The notes beneath the pieces are model-generated. The model was not told the DNA's origin. It worked only from the letters and a program-made list of their open reading frames with translations, and did no database searches. This document shows positions 50,400-63,631 of a stretch of DNA of 64,000 bases, piece after piece. The DNA is taken from contig CDPCPM010000037.1 of assembly GCA_976551045.1 (NCBI GenBank), forward strand, positions 25,234,001 through 25,298,000. Reading direction: 5' to 3'. The position numbers were made by a program, and so were the translations under genes. Source of the DNA: Glaucostegus cemiculus (taxonomy: Eukaryota). Within the stretch, counting starts at the first letter, position 1, and every line of letters starts with the position of its first letter.

Positions 50400-51800
50400 A
50401 AATGTAGGTACTGATGGCTAATCTGGCATTTGTTTTCCATGGCTAATTGCCCTTAAGATTGTGGTGGATTGCTAACTTGAATTGCTACTATCCCATTCCT
50501 TGAAGATGTTTCTAAGTTGCTGTTAAGTAGAATTCAGACGCAGCTACAATGAAGCAGCACTCGGGTATTTTCAAGTCAGGGTGGTTTGTGATTTGAGGTG
50601 GAATCTGAAAGTATTAGTTATCTGTGCACCTGCTGCACTTAGTATTTGTACAGAGATACTTTCTAACAAGTAGTTAGGGTCCATTTTGTAGATGGTACAC
50701 ATTGCAGCCAAGATAGTCTATGTCTAAGGCAGTGAACAGGGTGCTTGTCAAGCAAGCTGCTATATCCTGGAGAGTACTGAGTTGCCTGAGTGTTAAAGCT
50801 ACACTCCTCTAGGCAGGTGAAGAGTATTCCATAACATTCCTGACTTGCCTTGGCTTGAAGATGGTTGAAAGACTTTGGGGAGATGGTCTTCTCGTGATAC
50901 CAAGTCTCTGACACAGCCTCGTATCCACAGTTGCTGATCCAGTTGTGTTTCTGATCAATGGAGAAGCCCACCAGGATGAGAATGTTATTGAGCATTAAGG
51001 GCAGGTGGTTAAACTGTGACTTGTTGATGGTCATTGCCTGGTATGTGTCTGGCAAGAATGACTTGCTATTTATCAATCCGTGCATAAATGTAGTTTAAAG
51101 TTTTGCTGTGACCACTAACATTCTAAATTAATTTCTGAGTTAGAATTGAAATTCAATATTGTGCAAGCATCAACAAAAATCCCCACCTCTGACCAAATAA
51201 TGGAAGGCAGGCCATTGAAGCAGTGAAAATGTTTAGGCCAAAGATTGTCCTGGGGAACTCCAGCAATGAAGTCTTGGAAGTCAGATATCTGACCTCCAAA
51301 CAACAATTTTCCTGTGTGATGCAGGATTCCAGTCAGTGGAGGATTTCTCCCTTCGTTTCTATAGAGCTCAATTTTGTGGCGCTTCTTGATGCCTCACTTG
51401 ATTCAATACTGCCTTGACGTCGAGGGCAGTCCATGTGGCCTCGCTTTTCAGCTCAGGTCCATTTTTGGATCCAGACTTAGTAAGATGTGGAGTTCAGCAG
51501 ACATGAGCACAATCCAAATCGAACATCAATGAGCAGTTTATTGTTAAGTGGTGCCAGGTGCCACTGTCAATGCCACCTTCCATCATTGAGTTGATTATCT
51601 GATGAGGGGATTATCAGCAGGATGAGATGTTTGCTTTTTGTATATAGGCTCTATCTGAGCAGTTTTACACATGGTTGGGTGGATGCTCATTTTGTAATTG
51701 TACAGGAACAATTTGGCTAAAGCAGTGACTAGTTCTTGAGTGTAAGTTGCCTTCAGAACAGATGGGATGTGGTCTGGTCTGAGATTTTTGTCAACCACAA
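50400..51800 (-). mobile_element. Old non-LTR retrotransposon fragment (CR1/L2-superfamily-like); related pieces at 1-155 (-) and 58735-58990 (+)
   Basis: Degenerate AGVPQ, GIFVD and KAQVR..EYS motifs. 3' portion shared among the three loci. Confidence 0.6.
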
Positions 51801-52006
51801 GATATTAAGGGATATGCAACAAAGTCATGTGTATAGAAGCATGTCATATTCTGTCAAGATCTCAATGAATTACAAAATACCATTGAGGGCTCAATGGATA
51901 CAACTGTTCCTGTGTAATATTATTAACTGTCTTGGTTTCACATCAATGTTGATTTACAGAGTAGGGACATGGATCTAGAAATTCTTTTTATATACACCAC
52001 ATAATT

Positions 52007-54041
52007 CATAGACCATAGAACATTACAGCACAGTACAAGACCTTCAGCCCATGATGTTGTGCTGACCTTTTAGCCTACTCTAAGATCAATCTAACCATTC
52101 CCTCCCATGTGCCCCTTCATTTTTCCATCATCCATGTGCCTATCTAAGAATCTCTTAAATGTCCCTAATGTATCTGGCTCTACGAGCACCCCTGCCAGTG
52201 TGTTCCATGCACCCACCACTCTCTTCTTAAAAAAAAGAATCATCTCTGATATTCCCCCCGTATTTTCCTCCATTCGCCTTAAAATTATGTCCCTTGGTGT
52301 TAGCCGTTTCCACTCTGGGGGGGATAAAGTCTCTGGCTGTCCACTTGATCTATGCCTCTTTACACCTCTTATCATCTTGTACACCTCTCATCCTCCTTCG
52401 CTCCAAAGAGAAAAGTCCTAGCTCGCTCAACCTATCCTCCTAAGACATGCTCTCCATTCCAGGCAACATCCTAGTAAATCTCTTGTGCACCCTCTCTAAA
52501 TCTTTCACATCCTTCCTATGATGAGGTGACCAGAACTGAACACACTATTCTAAGTGTGATCTAACCAGTGTTTTATAGACACGCAACATTACCTCATCGC
52601 TTTGAACTCAATCCCCTAATGAAGGCCAACACATCATATGCCATCTTAACAGCTTGCACAGCAACTTTGAGGGATCTATGGACTTGGACCCCAAGATCCC
52701 TCTGTTCCTCCACACTGCTAAGAATCTTGCCATTAACCCTGTATACAACCTTCTAAAGTGAATCACTTCACACTTTTCCAGGTTGAACTCATCTGCCGCT
52801 TCTCAGCGCAGCTTTGCATCCTATCAATGACCCATTGTAACCCTTGACAACCCTCTATGCTATCCACAACACCACCAACCATCATATCGTCTGCAAACTT
52901 ACTAACCCGCCCTTCCACTTCCTCATCCAAGTCATTTATAAAAATCATGAAGAGCAGGGGTCCCAGAACAGATCTCTGCAGAACATCATTGGTCACTGAC
53001 CTCCTGGCAGAATACACTCCATCTGCAACCATCCTCTGCCTTCTATGGGCAAGCTAATTCCAAATCCACACAGCCAAATTACCCTGGATCCCATACCTCC
53101 CAAAATTCTGAATGAGCCTATCATGGGGAATATTATTAACTGTCTTGGTTTCACATCACCTTACTAAAATCCATATACACCACATCCACTGCTCTACCCT
53201 CATCAATATGTTTTGTCACATTCTCAAAGAATTCAATCAGGCTTGAGGAATGACCTGCCCCTCACAAAGCCATGCTGACTATCCCTAATCAGACTATGTT
53301 TCTCCAAATGCTCGCAGATCCTGTCGCTAAGAATCTTTTCCAATAATTTACCCACCACTGAAAAAGACTCACTGGTCTATAATTCCCAGGATTATCTCTA
53401 CTCTCTTTCTTGAACATTTGCCACCCTCCAATCATCTAGTACTACTGCTGTGGCCAGTGACAACACAAAAATCATCAACAAGGGCTCAGAAATCTCTTCC
53501 TGTAGTGTCCTGGGATACATCCCATCTGGCCTCAGATACTTGTCTATCCTAATGTTTTAAAGTTCCAGCACATCTTCCTTAACATTGACGTGATCTAGCT
53601 TATCAGCCTGTTTTATGCTGTCCTCACAAACGTCAAGTTCTCTCTCACAGGTGAATACTGAAGCAAAATGTTCATAAAGGACCTCCCCTACCTCCTCTGA
53701 CTCCAGACACATGTTTCCTCCTCTATCCCTAATCAGTCCTACCTTCAATCTAGTCAGCCTCTTGTTCTTCACATACGGGTAGAACGCCTTGGGGTTTTCC
53801 TTGATCTTACTCACCAAGCCCTTCTCATGCCTCCTTCTAGCTCTCCTAAATCCATTCTTAAGCTCTTTCTCTAGAGGCCTGTCTGATCCTTGCTTCCTAA
53901 ACCTCAAGTAAGCTTCTTTCTTCCTCTTCACTAGGTAGTCCACATCTCTTGTCAACTGTGGTTCCTTAACCCTACCATCCTTTTCCTGCCTCAATAGGAC
54001 AAACCTATCCAGAACCCCCTGCAAGTGATCTCTAAACAACC
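52007..54041 (-). mobile_element. CR1 LINE ORF2 3' ~2 kb, frameshifted
   Basis: IKENPKAFY, QRSVLGPLLFMIFINDLDE...SKFADD and WNTL motifs, plus CR1 tail. Confidence 0.92.
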
Positions 54042-54593
54042 TTTATGTTCAATTCAATTTCTTTGAAGCAAAAAAATATCAGTTAAGAAAATCAGACTCT
54101 TGAAAGTGCATGACTTTCCTTCTGGATCCCCAGTATAACTGCCCCACAAATGTATAGTGTCTAATCTACCTGATTTTCATGCACATGCTTTGTACAAAGA
54201 AATGCATTTCAGAGCTTTAATTCTGTTATAGTGTACAGGGCCTCATGCACGTTAAAATTTAGAAGCATTCATTGGACTGTTGTGGACTGGTGTTTTTTTT
54301 TAAATCTGCCTTTTCAGGCTCCTCTAACCCTCAAATGTGAAAATCATCCCTTAGTCACTTTTTCTTGGTTTCCTGTCCTGTGCCTTTAATTGTGTCATCA
54401 CATCCTTGGCTGAATGTCATCAAGATGCTTCAACAAAATATAGCTTTAAATCCATGTGCACTGAATTTCCTGCATCAATGCATTTTAATGTTTGTGTTTT
54501 GTTTATAAAAAAAAAATCAGAGGCACCATGAGTTTTATAATTCTACAGGTTGTTCTTGATAAATCTCAAATGAGCAATAAATTTATCGTATCT

Positions 54594-54646
54594 CAGCAGA
54601 TGGTGATAAACCTGGCACAGTGTACCAGGTTTATCACCATCTGCTG
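54594..54646. repeat. Perfect inverted repeat, 22-bp arms, 9-nt loop
   Basis: CAGCAGATGGTGATAAACCTGG / CCAGGTTTATCACCATCTGCTG. Confidence 0.95.
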
Positions 54647-54851
54647 TATGTGCAGAGGTGAGAGTTGGAGAAACCTAGTTTCAGTGTTATTAGAATGTGA
54701 GCTAATCATGAAGAATATATTGTTATTTCCAATGCATTTTCCTTGATTTATTCTCTGAATAGTTTTCGGATTATAGTATGAAAACTTTATACTTTCTTTA
54801 GCTTAAATCTGTATGCAATTATGAACTAATATTTTATTTGTTCAATTTAAG

Positions 54852-54929
54852 GATAGTTCTCATCTGTGCTAAAAGATCACTGTGTTCAGCTTTTTCTATA
54901 CTGCCTTATGGAGACTTTAATACTAATAG
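54852..54929 (+). CDS. CABLES2: CABLES2 coding exon 3 of this model
   Basis: taag...AG|GTAAGA. Encodes IVLICAKRSLCSAFSILPYGD, CABLES2-type. Phase 2-2. Confidence 0.95.
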
Positions 54930-55039
54930 GTAAGAATATCTTGCTTTAAACTGAATTCAAATGTTGAAGTGTTCTTTTAACCTGTTTAAAATTGCCATTT
55001 TTCCCCTCAAAACCTTTATACGCCCATTTCAATCAAAGG

Positions 55040-55670
55040 CTCTTTTGTGCCACATACAAAGAAAAAGTTTGGCCCACTTGCCTTCATAGGTCAGAATATT
55101 GAATTGGGATCTTGTGTTACAAATGTACAAGATATTGGTGAGACTGCTCTTGGAGTATTGTGTGGAGGTCTGATCACCTAGCTTTTGGAAGGATGCCGTT
55201 AAGCAGGAAAAGTTGCAGAAAAGATTCACAAGGATGTTACCAGGACTAGAGGGCTTGAGTTATGGGAAGAGACTGGATAGGCTGGGGCTATTTTCCCTGG
55301 AGTGGGTGACTTTATTGAGATATATAAAAATCATGAGGGGCATGATAAGTTGAATGGGCAGTGTTTTTTCCCAGGGCAGGGAAGTCTAAAACTGAAGGGC
55401 AGATTTAAGATGAGCTGGGAAGAAATTAGAGGAGACTTGAGGGGCAAGGTTTTCAGAGGGTGGTGGATATATGGAATGAGCTATCAGAGGAAGTGGTAGA
55501 AGAGTATACAATTACAATATTTATAAGACATTTGGATAGTACCTGGATAGGAAGGGTTTGGAGGCATATGGGCTAAATGCAGGCAAATGAGACTAGCTCA
55601 GGTAGGCAGGTTGATTGGCATGGACAAACTGGGCTGAAGGGCCTGTTTCTGTGCTGTATGACACTGACTA
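55040..55670 (+). mobile_element. CR1 3' fragment
   Basis: LVRLLLEYC...QKRFTRMLPGL motif with gggctgaagggcctgtttctgtgctgtatgac tail. Confidence 0.85.
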
Positions 55671-57257
55671 TTAGCTTCAGTAGTAACTAACCTACCTTGT
55701 CTATGTGCTGCTGTTTATAAATGCAGCCTGACCCTGACCTGAACTGGCACCAGAGTTTCACTTTACTTCAGTCAGTTTGCCTGTTTAATAACCAACTTGA
55801 ACTGCCATGCTTATGAAAGCAAATCCCCTTTGCACCAGTATTATGCCAATAGTAAGAAAGCATCATTAACTTCGACCAAATGCATTAAAAAAAAGGTAGT
55901 GCTTCTACTGGTATTCAATTGTGGACACCACCAGTAGCTTTCCATACTGTGGAAAAATGTGCCCTTTGGAATTAAAACCTTCCAAATGGCACTGGGCCTG
56001 GAATGGGGAAGTGTGTAATATTTGAAATTAAGATCTTTTTAGATTATAAATGAGAAGTTATTGCATGATACCAATCTCTGTAAATTCAACTGGTTTAAAC
56101 AAAGGTTGAAATTCTTCCATGTTAATAACCATAGCTGAAATGCTACTCCAACTCCAATTAACCCTTGGGTGCATTGTTTGCTACTTTGGAAGTGGTCACA
56201 ATGTAACTTTATCCTGTGTTTTTATTCTGATTTTTGATGATTAATAGTTGACTATGGATTATAACATGTGAATCCCACTTCAATCACCCATTAGTGTATG
56301 CTATCGACAGCTGAAAATGAGTGACCTGATGGCCATTGCTTAAAATATAGATTTTCAGTAGCTTGAGGCAATTTGGTATTTGTGACCTAAAATCTAAAAT
56401 GATGAATTCCTATTGCTGCTTTGTGCATGCAAATTAGTACCTGTAGTATAAACTTTTTTGATGCACGAATTGCATATAAATTGATGAAATGTAGCTGAAT
56501 CTGTACCACAAACTGTTTTGACCAATGTTGTTAATCTGGCAGCAACTCTATTGGCATCCTATTGCTGAAACTGCAATCCTGCCTATTGCCTTTGAGTTGC
56601 ACACTATACTAAATGTACAAAGTGCAAAGCAACAGCTAGCATCTGCAGCAGCTTTTGATTACATTAATATTTTGGTCAGTCTTGTTCAGCCTAGTAACTA
56701 TTTTGCATTAAGTGGTTACCTTAATAACTTGCATGCCATTATCATCCATTTTGTAATTTATAGTCACTGTGATGGGAACGGATGCCTTGAAAAGAAAGCT
56801 ATAACAGGCATTCCATAAATTCTCCCATGGGCAGAATGGAAAATTATAGCTGGCAGACCCATAGGAAAATTGTGCATTGTTTTCCTTGTCATCAGATGAA
56901 AGATTTGAACTAGCGTCAGCCTGAGTATACTGAGTGTTTGAGCTTATTTTGGGTAAGCTGCCCCAAATTATTTGGGGTTCAAATGAAGAATAGCCAAAGG
57001 ATAAATGACATTCAAGATCATTTGTGCTTTGTGATCCTTGGTCTAATGAGTTTCTCAGAACTTTTTAAAACTTCTTTTGTGAAATCATTTCCTGTTTGTT
57101 TGCAGCCTTGATCTCTGAATGAACAATAAGGGAAACCAGTTCCTTTCATTGTAAACTCTGCAGCTATTGTATGTGCAGACCACTTAAGTATTTAATCTGT
57201 GTCTTAAGTCTTTTCTGACTTTTGTAAGAACCTGGATTTAACATTTTCTTTACACAG

Positions 57258-57366
57258 TGACGGAAAACTAGAAGGACCAAGACAACGTCACCCTTCTGGT
57301 GGCATTTCATCCTCAACCGACATGCTGCTTGGACTTGAGGGAGTTGAACTTGGTGCAGACGGCAAG
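57258..57366 (+). CDS. CABLES2: CABLES2 coding exon 4 of this model
   Basis: acacag...AAG|GTAAAG. Encodes RQRHPSGGISSSTDMLLGLEGVELGADGK. Confidence 0.95.
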
Positions 57367-58385
57367 GTAAAGGGAAAGGTTAGCTTTATTGCAAACAGTA
57401 GTTCAGTAAAGAGTGATCATTGTTTATTACTTTTTATTCAAGGTTAGGATAGGAGTTTGGTTCATCTTGTTATTGTGGCAGCTGAATAATAAAGTCAGGC
57501 CGAGTGGGTGCTCTGACTGAATTAAAACATTCTTCTAAATTTTAGGATAATTTCTGCACAAATTGGCTTTTTTTTTCCTTTTAAAAAAACTTTTTCCTTT
57601 AAAAACCTTAACAGCTATGTTTGCTTTTGTCCAAATTATAACACACCGCAACATATTAATTCAGCTGCCTTTGATTCTGAGTTCTTCATTTCATTAAAAT
57701 GTAGTTCTAATGAAATAGCTGCATATTTTTTTAAAGTAAATTAAAAATACTTGTGCGAATTAACCAGTGTATGCCTGGTACCTGTTATTCTGCCTGAAAT
57801 TTAATGTGGCTTCTCTTTTGGTCTTCACTGAGAATTTTCATGTATTTTTCAGTAACTTGCATTTATATGGTGCCATTTATGTGAGAAAGAACCCCAAGGC
57901 ATTCAATAGGAATGTAATCAAACAAAATTTGCCACTGATCCATATAAGGAATGCAAGGAAAATAAAACTTTGGCTGCTGGAGAGGGAGCAGAGGTTCAGA
58001 GAATCAGCTCCTGTACTTATGGGATCCTTCCTTGCTGAAGACATTCCATCAATAGCAGAGTGACTAAAATTTGATGCGTACGTTATTAGGACAGAACTGT
58101 TCAGATGCGGAAGGTTTGAGGATGGGGCAGGGTTCAGGTCATGGTGGGATTAGAAAACGAGGAAAACCCAGAGCCAGTGTAGTTTTGCAAGTACAGGATT
58201 GTTGGATTTTTGGGATGAGTACATTAAATAAGAGCAATGATTTGAGATGACCTTGGCTTTAAAGGGTGGTACAAGGAAGGCCATCTTGGCGTGTTGGAAT
58301 AGTCAAGCAATAAACAAATCTTAAAACTTTGTGCTTTTTTAGTAATTATATCTGGGAGTAATAACTTTTGTTTCTTGCTTTACAG

Positions 58386-58542
58386 TCCGTTTCGTATGCT
58401 CAATTTCTCTATCCGACCAATGCCTTTGTTATGCCAAAAGTGTTGCCAGAGATTTCAGCTTCACTAGCGCAAGTTCGAAACAGCATGCATCGGAGTTTCA
58501 CACCAGGAAGACATGGAACTGCTGCAATAGCAATGGACATAG
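58386..58542 (+). CDS. CABLES2: CABLES2 coding exon 5 of this model
   Basis: ttacag...G|GTACAG. Encodes SVSYAQFLYPTNAF...MDI. Phase 0 to 1. Confidence 0.93.
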
Positions 58543-59817
58543 GTACAGTAAAAATGGTAGTTAACTTTGGAAGGAAAATGTGTTCTAATTGCTATTTTGA
58601 ATGAAATTATCTCAGCTGTATGGGTTGTTTAACAATTCTTTCTAGTTAAAATTGACAAAAGATAACCAGGCCAGTCATAAATAGTGCTGCTTTCAGAGCA
58701 GGTCAGGGTTGGGTGTTCTGCATAACCAAAGATGTTCCACTATCCACAAAGTATGTCCTGGTAAGATGGAGTATTCCATCATTGCCTGGGTGAATGTAGT
58801 TCCAACAGCAGTCAAGAAACTTGACATCAAACAGAGCAAAGCAGTCCAAATGATTGGCACTTGAACAGCATTTTAAAAATGTGGTCCTTTGCTATGACTG
58901 CAGTGTCACAATGTTGAAGATGCACTGCAGCAGCTTGTCAAGGCTTCTTCAAACACAGCTCCCAACCCATGGCCTCTATTACTCAAAAGGCCAAGATGTT
59001 CCAGTGCGAAGGGCCTGTTTTGTGCTGTATTGTTCAAAAACTGCAGATGCTGGAAACCTAAAGAAACAAAAAATGCAGGAAACATTCAGCAGGTTAGGCA
59101 GCATCTGTAGAAAAAGAAACGGTTGACAATTTGGGCCTGGGACCTTTCATCAGAACTGGGAAAGAGAACAACATTGGTTTTAGTAGCAGAGAAGAAGGGG
59201 GAAGAAGGGATAAAACAAAGGGAATATCTCTGATAGGGCAAACCAGATGACTTGATGTAAAAAGCCCATTTAGGGATGGACATTAAATGCTGCCCTTGCT
59301 AGTGACACCCTAACCTGGATACGAATAAAATCATAACTGACTTCTTTGTACCGAATGTGAAAGAAGTTTATTTATAGTCACATGAACAGGTGCTGTTATT
59401 TTCCTAATTTTAAAAGTAATGGGAAAAATCAACTTGTGTTCCTCGTGTAGTTACCCAAGATTTGCATTTGATATGTATCAAAATTATCTTGCTTGAATAA
59501 ATGGAGAGCATATTCACCCAGCAGAATTTGCCCATAGCAAACACTACAAAGTGCTTTCCAGTTTCAATTTCAGTTCCACTCCAAATACTTGAGTGGCAAA
59601 ACACAAAAATGCAGCACTGAATGCCATCTGTTGAGAGGCAGAACTATAGCCTGCCTTGATTGGTTGAAATTGTCTGTTGTCTGAGTATCCCGCTGCTAGC
59701 GTGCATTGTGCTCCAAGCCAATTATTCTGATTAATGTCAAAGTTGTATACTGCATGTTAAGTGTCTAAAAATAAAAGTGCATGGCACAGACATATGTTGT
59801 TTTCTGTCATCATGTAG

Positions 59818-59921
59818 GGAGTGAAGCTGGAGATTTAATAGAATATGATCCTGATCTTCTTGATGATCCCCAGTGGCCATGTGGAAAACACAAACGCGTT
59901 CTAATCTTTGCATCTTACATG
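59818..59921 (+). CDS. CABLES2: CABLES2 coding exon 6 of this model
   Basis: tgtag...ATG|GTAAGA. Encodes EYDPDLLDDPQWPCGKHKRVLIFASYM; FASYM is CABLES2-type (CABLES1 has FPSYM). Confidence 0.97.
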
Positions 59922-60184
59922 GTAAGACCGTTTTGTATAATACTTGATAACTTGCAATTCATTGGTTGCAGTTCTGTTTTTTTAAGAAATCCTTTGATCC
60001 ACAATGTAACATTTAAAACCTTTTTTCATTCTAATCAACTACAAATGTCAATAATCTTTTATCATAGTGTTCTGAAATTCTAGTTTATCATTGTTATTTA
60101 GTAAGAAAAATATTGATTTGTGATATTAAAGACTTTAAACAGATGCTTTCTTTGTCAAGACTCTTGATATAAAATTTAAAGGAG

Positions 60185-60763
60185 CTAGTTCTACAACAGG
60201 GAAACAGGCCCTTCGACCTAACTGGTCCACACTAACCAAGATTTCCATCTAGGCTAGTCCTGTTTGGCCCACATCCCTCTAAACATTTCCTATCCATGTA
60301 CCAGTCCAAGTACCATTTTAGATGTTGTTTAATGTACCTGCCTCAGACATTTCCTCTGGCAGCTCATTCCATATGCTGACCACTCTATGGGTGGAAAAAG
60401 TTACCCCCTGGAGTTCCTATTAAATCTCTTACCTCTCACGTTAACCCTATGCCCGCTAATTCCCCAACCCTGGGGGTTAAAAACTGCATTGGCTCTATGC
60501 CCCTCATGATTTTATACATATCTGAGGAGTAAGTTTTTCCACACGAGGTGGTGGCTATCCTGAACAAGCTGCTGGAGGAGGTGGTGGAGACGGGTACAGT
60601 TGCAACATTGAAGAAGCATTTGGACAGGTACTTGGATAGGAAAGCATAGAGGTAAGTGGGCCTAAAGCAGGCAAATGGGATTAGTGTAGATAGATGACAA
60701 GGTCGGCATGAACGAGATGGGTCTAAAGGGCCTGCTTCTGTGCTGTATGTTTCTATGATTCTG
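60185..60763. mobile_element. Two CR1 3' fragments in opposite orientation (- 60185-60520; + 60522-60763)
   Basis: A CR1 tail at each outer end, on opposite strands. Confidence 0.8.
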
Positions 60764-60842
60764 TGTCTTTAATGTTCAACATTATGGAGTGATTGAAACC
60801 CACAACTAATTTTCACAAATGAATTTTCTTGTTTTTTGCCAG

Positions 60843-60949
60843 ACAACAGTGATTGAATATGTAAAACCATCTGACCTGAAAAAGGATATGAATGAAACAT
60901 TCAAGGAAAAATTTCCTCACATCAAACTGACACTTAGTAAGATAAGAAG
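60843..60949 (+). CDS. CABLES2: CABLES2 coding exon 7 of this model
   Basis: gccag...AG|GTAACT. Encodes [35 protein letters not shown]. Confidence 0.97.
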
Positions 60950-61854
60950 GTAACTTAAATTATGAATGGCATGTTCAGTGTAGAAATACTATTCTTGAAG
61001 TTGTCTTCTTTAAGACAAACTAAGCATTTTAATGCATTTTTGTCAATAATTAATCTTGTTTTCTCCAACATTTTAAGCTTGTACTTAAATGATTTTGCTT
61101 CCATTTCTAAAGGATTTAGGATTTTGTTTGGGTTTTCCCTTGGTACTATTTTTTTTGAAGAGCAGAGAAGTTCTTAATGTCTTGACAAATACTTTTTCCT
61201 CTATCAATACTGAAAAACATTATCTGGATGTTCTTTTGTTAGTGAGAGCATATTTTGGCCAAATGGCAGTCACATTTCCCATAATGATTACACTTGTATA
61301 TTTAGAAAAAAACTTCATTGGCTGTAAAATACTTTATGACAATCAGAGGCCATTAAAGGTGCCATCAATGTGCAAGTTTATTTTAATCTTTGCCTGTTTG
61401 GGTACAAGATATATAATCAACCAGTGTTTGGTTCAATTTGTGAACAATGTTTTACTAAATGGTAAGTTGCTGGTTGCTCATGTCAATCTACTGCTATTAA
61501 AATGTTAGTACTCCTCATTGCCATTGATCCAGAATTACTCATTCTGGATCTTTAGTCCGTGCAGTCACATTTTGCAGTGCCAAATGGTTTATTACTACAA
61601 AGTCAATTTCAATGAAAGCTTGTGCAAGCATTGTGATCTAAAGAAAGGTCCACTATGGAGTCAATAAATAAACCATTTCCAGTAACTACATGGATCAAGT
61701 GAGCATGACAGTGAGCAAATTGTAACAAAATAATGTCGTGCAATGTTTGGGAAGGAACAAGAGAAAAAAAGTTGATGATGTTGATGTATTAGTTTTAACC
61801 ATTAACTTAAAATTACCACTGGTTTCATTGTGTAATTTTCTGTTTTCTCGGTAG

Positions 61855-62059
61855 TCTGAAACGGGAAATGCGGAACCTGGCAGAAGAATGTAGTCTGGAA
61901 CCTTGTACTGTGGCTTTATCGTTTGTTTATTTTGAGAAACTTGTACTCCAAGGCAAAGTCAATAAGCAGAACAGAAAGCTTTGCTCTGGTGCCTGCTTAC
62001 TACTAGCAGCCAAAATCAGCAGTGATCTCAAGAAACATGAGGTTAAACATCTGATTGAT
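61855..62059 (+). CDS. CABLES2: CABLES2 coding exon 8 of this model (cyclin-like box)
   Basis: gtag...GAT|GTAAGT. Encodes LKREMRNLAEECSLEPCTVALSFVYFEKLVLQGK...KHLID. Confidence 0.97.
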
Positions 62060-62259
62060 GTAAGTAAAATCTGACCAATCAAGCTGACCAATTTTCTTGG
62101 ATTGCCATGGTATCAACATTTTAAAAAAAAAACTAGTTTGGATCATGTTGGAAGGGGATTGAGCTTTATATTTTCAAAAAATCCATTCCAGTATTAGGTG
62201 AAGAAGTAGCTTAGTGATTAGTTTTCACTTTTTTATCACTAATGAATAACTGTCTACAT

Positions 62260-62790
62260 ATGCATGAGACTGCACTTGGAGTATTGTGTGCAGTTCTGAT
62301 TGCCCTGCTAATAGAAGGATGACATTAAGCTGGAAAGGATGCAGAAAAGATTCACGAAGATGTTGCAAGGACTGGAGGGCTTAAGTTTTAAGGAGAGGCT
62401 GGGACTTTTTTCGCTGGACCATAGTCGGCTGAGAGGTGACCATACAGGTGTATAAAATGAGAGGCACCATTAAGTTGAATGGTCACAGTCTTTTTCCCCA
62501 GGATAAGGAGGTCTATAACTAAAAGGCATAGGTGAGAGGTGAAAGACTTAAAAGGGAACTGAGGGGCAACTTTTTCACACAGGGTGATGTATACATGGAA
62601 TGAGCTGCCAGAGGAAGTTGTAGAGGTGGGTACAGTTACAATGTTTAAGACGTTTGGACAGGTACATAGATTGGAAAGGTTTAGAGGAATATGGGCCAAA
62701 CACAGGCAAAATGAGACTAGCTCTGATAGACAACCTGGTCAGCAAGGATGCGGTGGGCCAAAGGGGCTGCTTCCATGCTGAGTAACTCTA
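62260..62790 (+). mobile_element. CR1 3' fragment
   Basis: LHLEYCVQF...WNELPEEVVE motifs and tail. Confidence 0.85.
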
Positions 62791-63041
62791 GTCTATTTAC
62801 AAGTTCACACAAGATCACTTTCAATATTCAAATCAACAGAAAACCATTATGATTTTAATCATAACCAGTATTATAGTGCACCAAATGTAAATGTCAGAAA
62901 TAAAGTTCACAACTGACAATTCACTATCCTCTGGTCAGTAGGCCCAAGAAGTAGCAGACTACATGTGGTTAATATTACATGTTCCTAGTTTTTAAACCAC
63001 GGATAAATAATCTAATTAAATGTAGTCCAAATGGAAATTTG

Positions 63042-63295
63042 GCACTTTAAGTGCCCGCCACCAGCCCATTCACTTTAATAACTATTTATTTAATTACCAG
63101 CCGTATTTAATTTAACCTGCCGTATTTAATTTAATTTAAACTTCTGTAGTTTTTAATGTTTTTTTTGTTCAGTGTGTCCGTGTGTCTCTGCTGTTTGTTA
63201 TTTAATGGGACGAGCACCTGAGGAGGACGGTATCTCGCTCCTATGCATACTATGTATGTATATGGTTGTGACAATAAAACTGATTCTGATTCTGA
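63042..63295 (+). mobile_element. Rex1/Babar 3' UTR fragment in the last CABLES2 intron
   Basis: Near-identical, in reverse orientation, to 21097-21335. Ends AATAAAACTGATTCTGATTCTGA. Confidence 0.85.
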
Positions 63296-63631
63296 AAAAA
63301 ATGATTAAAACTTCAAAAAAACACGTCAAATCCTGATAATGTGGTGCATCAATTTTATAAATATCTGTTGGCCTTGCTGAAAACCTTGTAATGATGGAGC
63401 TAATAGTTCAGTCATCGAACTTTTATCTTCACCACCCAAATGTTTCTGATCAGTCACCTGATTCAGTTCAAACTTAGTAATGCCTTGTATAACTAAATTC
63501 ATAAATGCGTGAGCCTCACCTTTGCAAATATAGTTCAGTAGTTTTTCATTGAAAACTTGTAGTTGATGTGTGCATTGCATGCTTCATTTTTGTAATACTT
63601 AAATTGCTTTTTATCAATCTTTTGTATGCAG

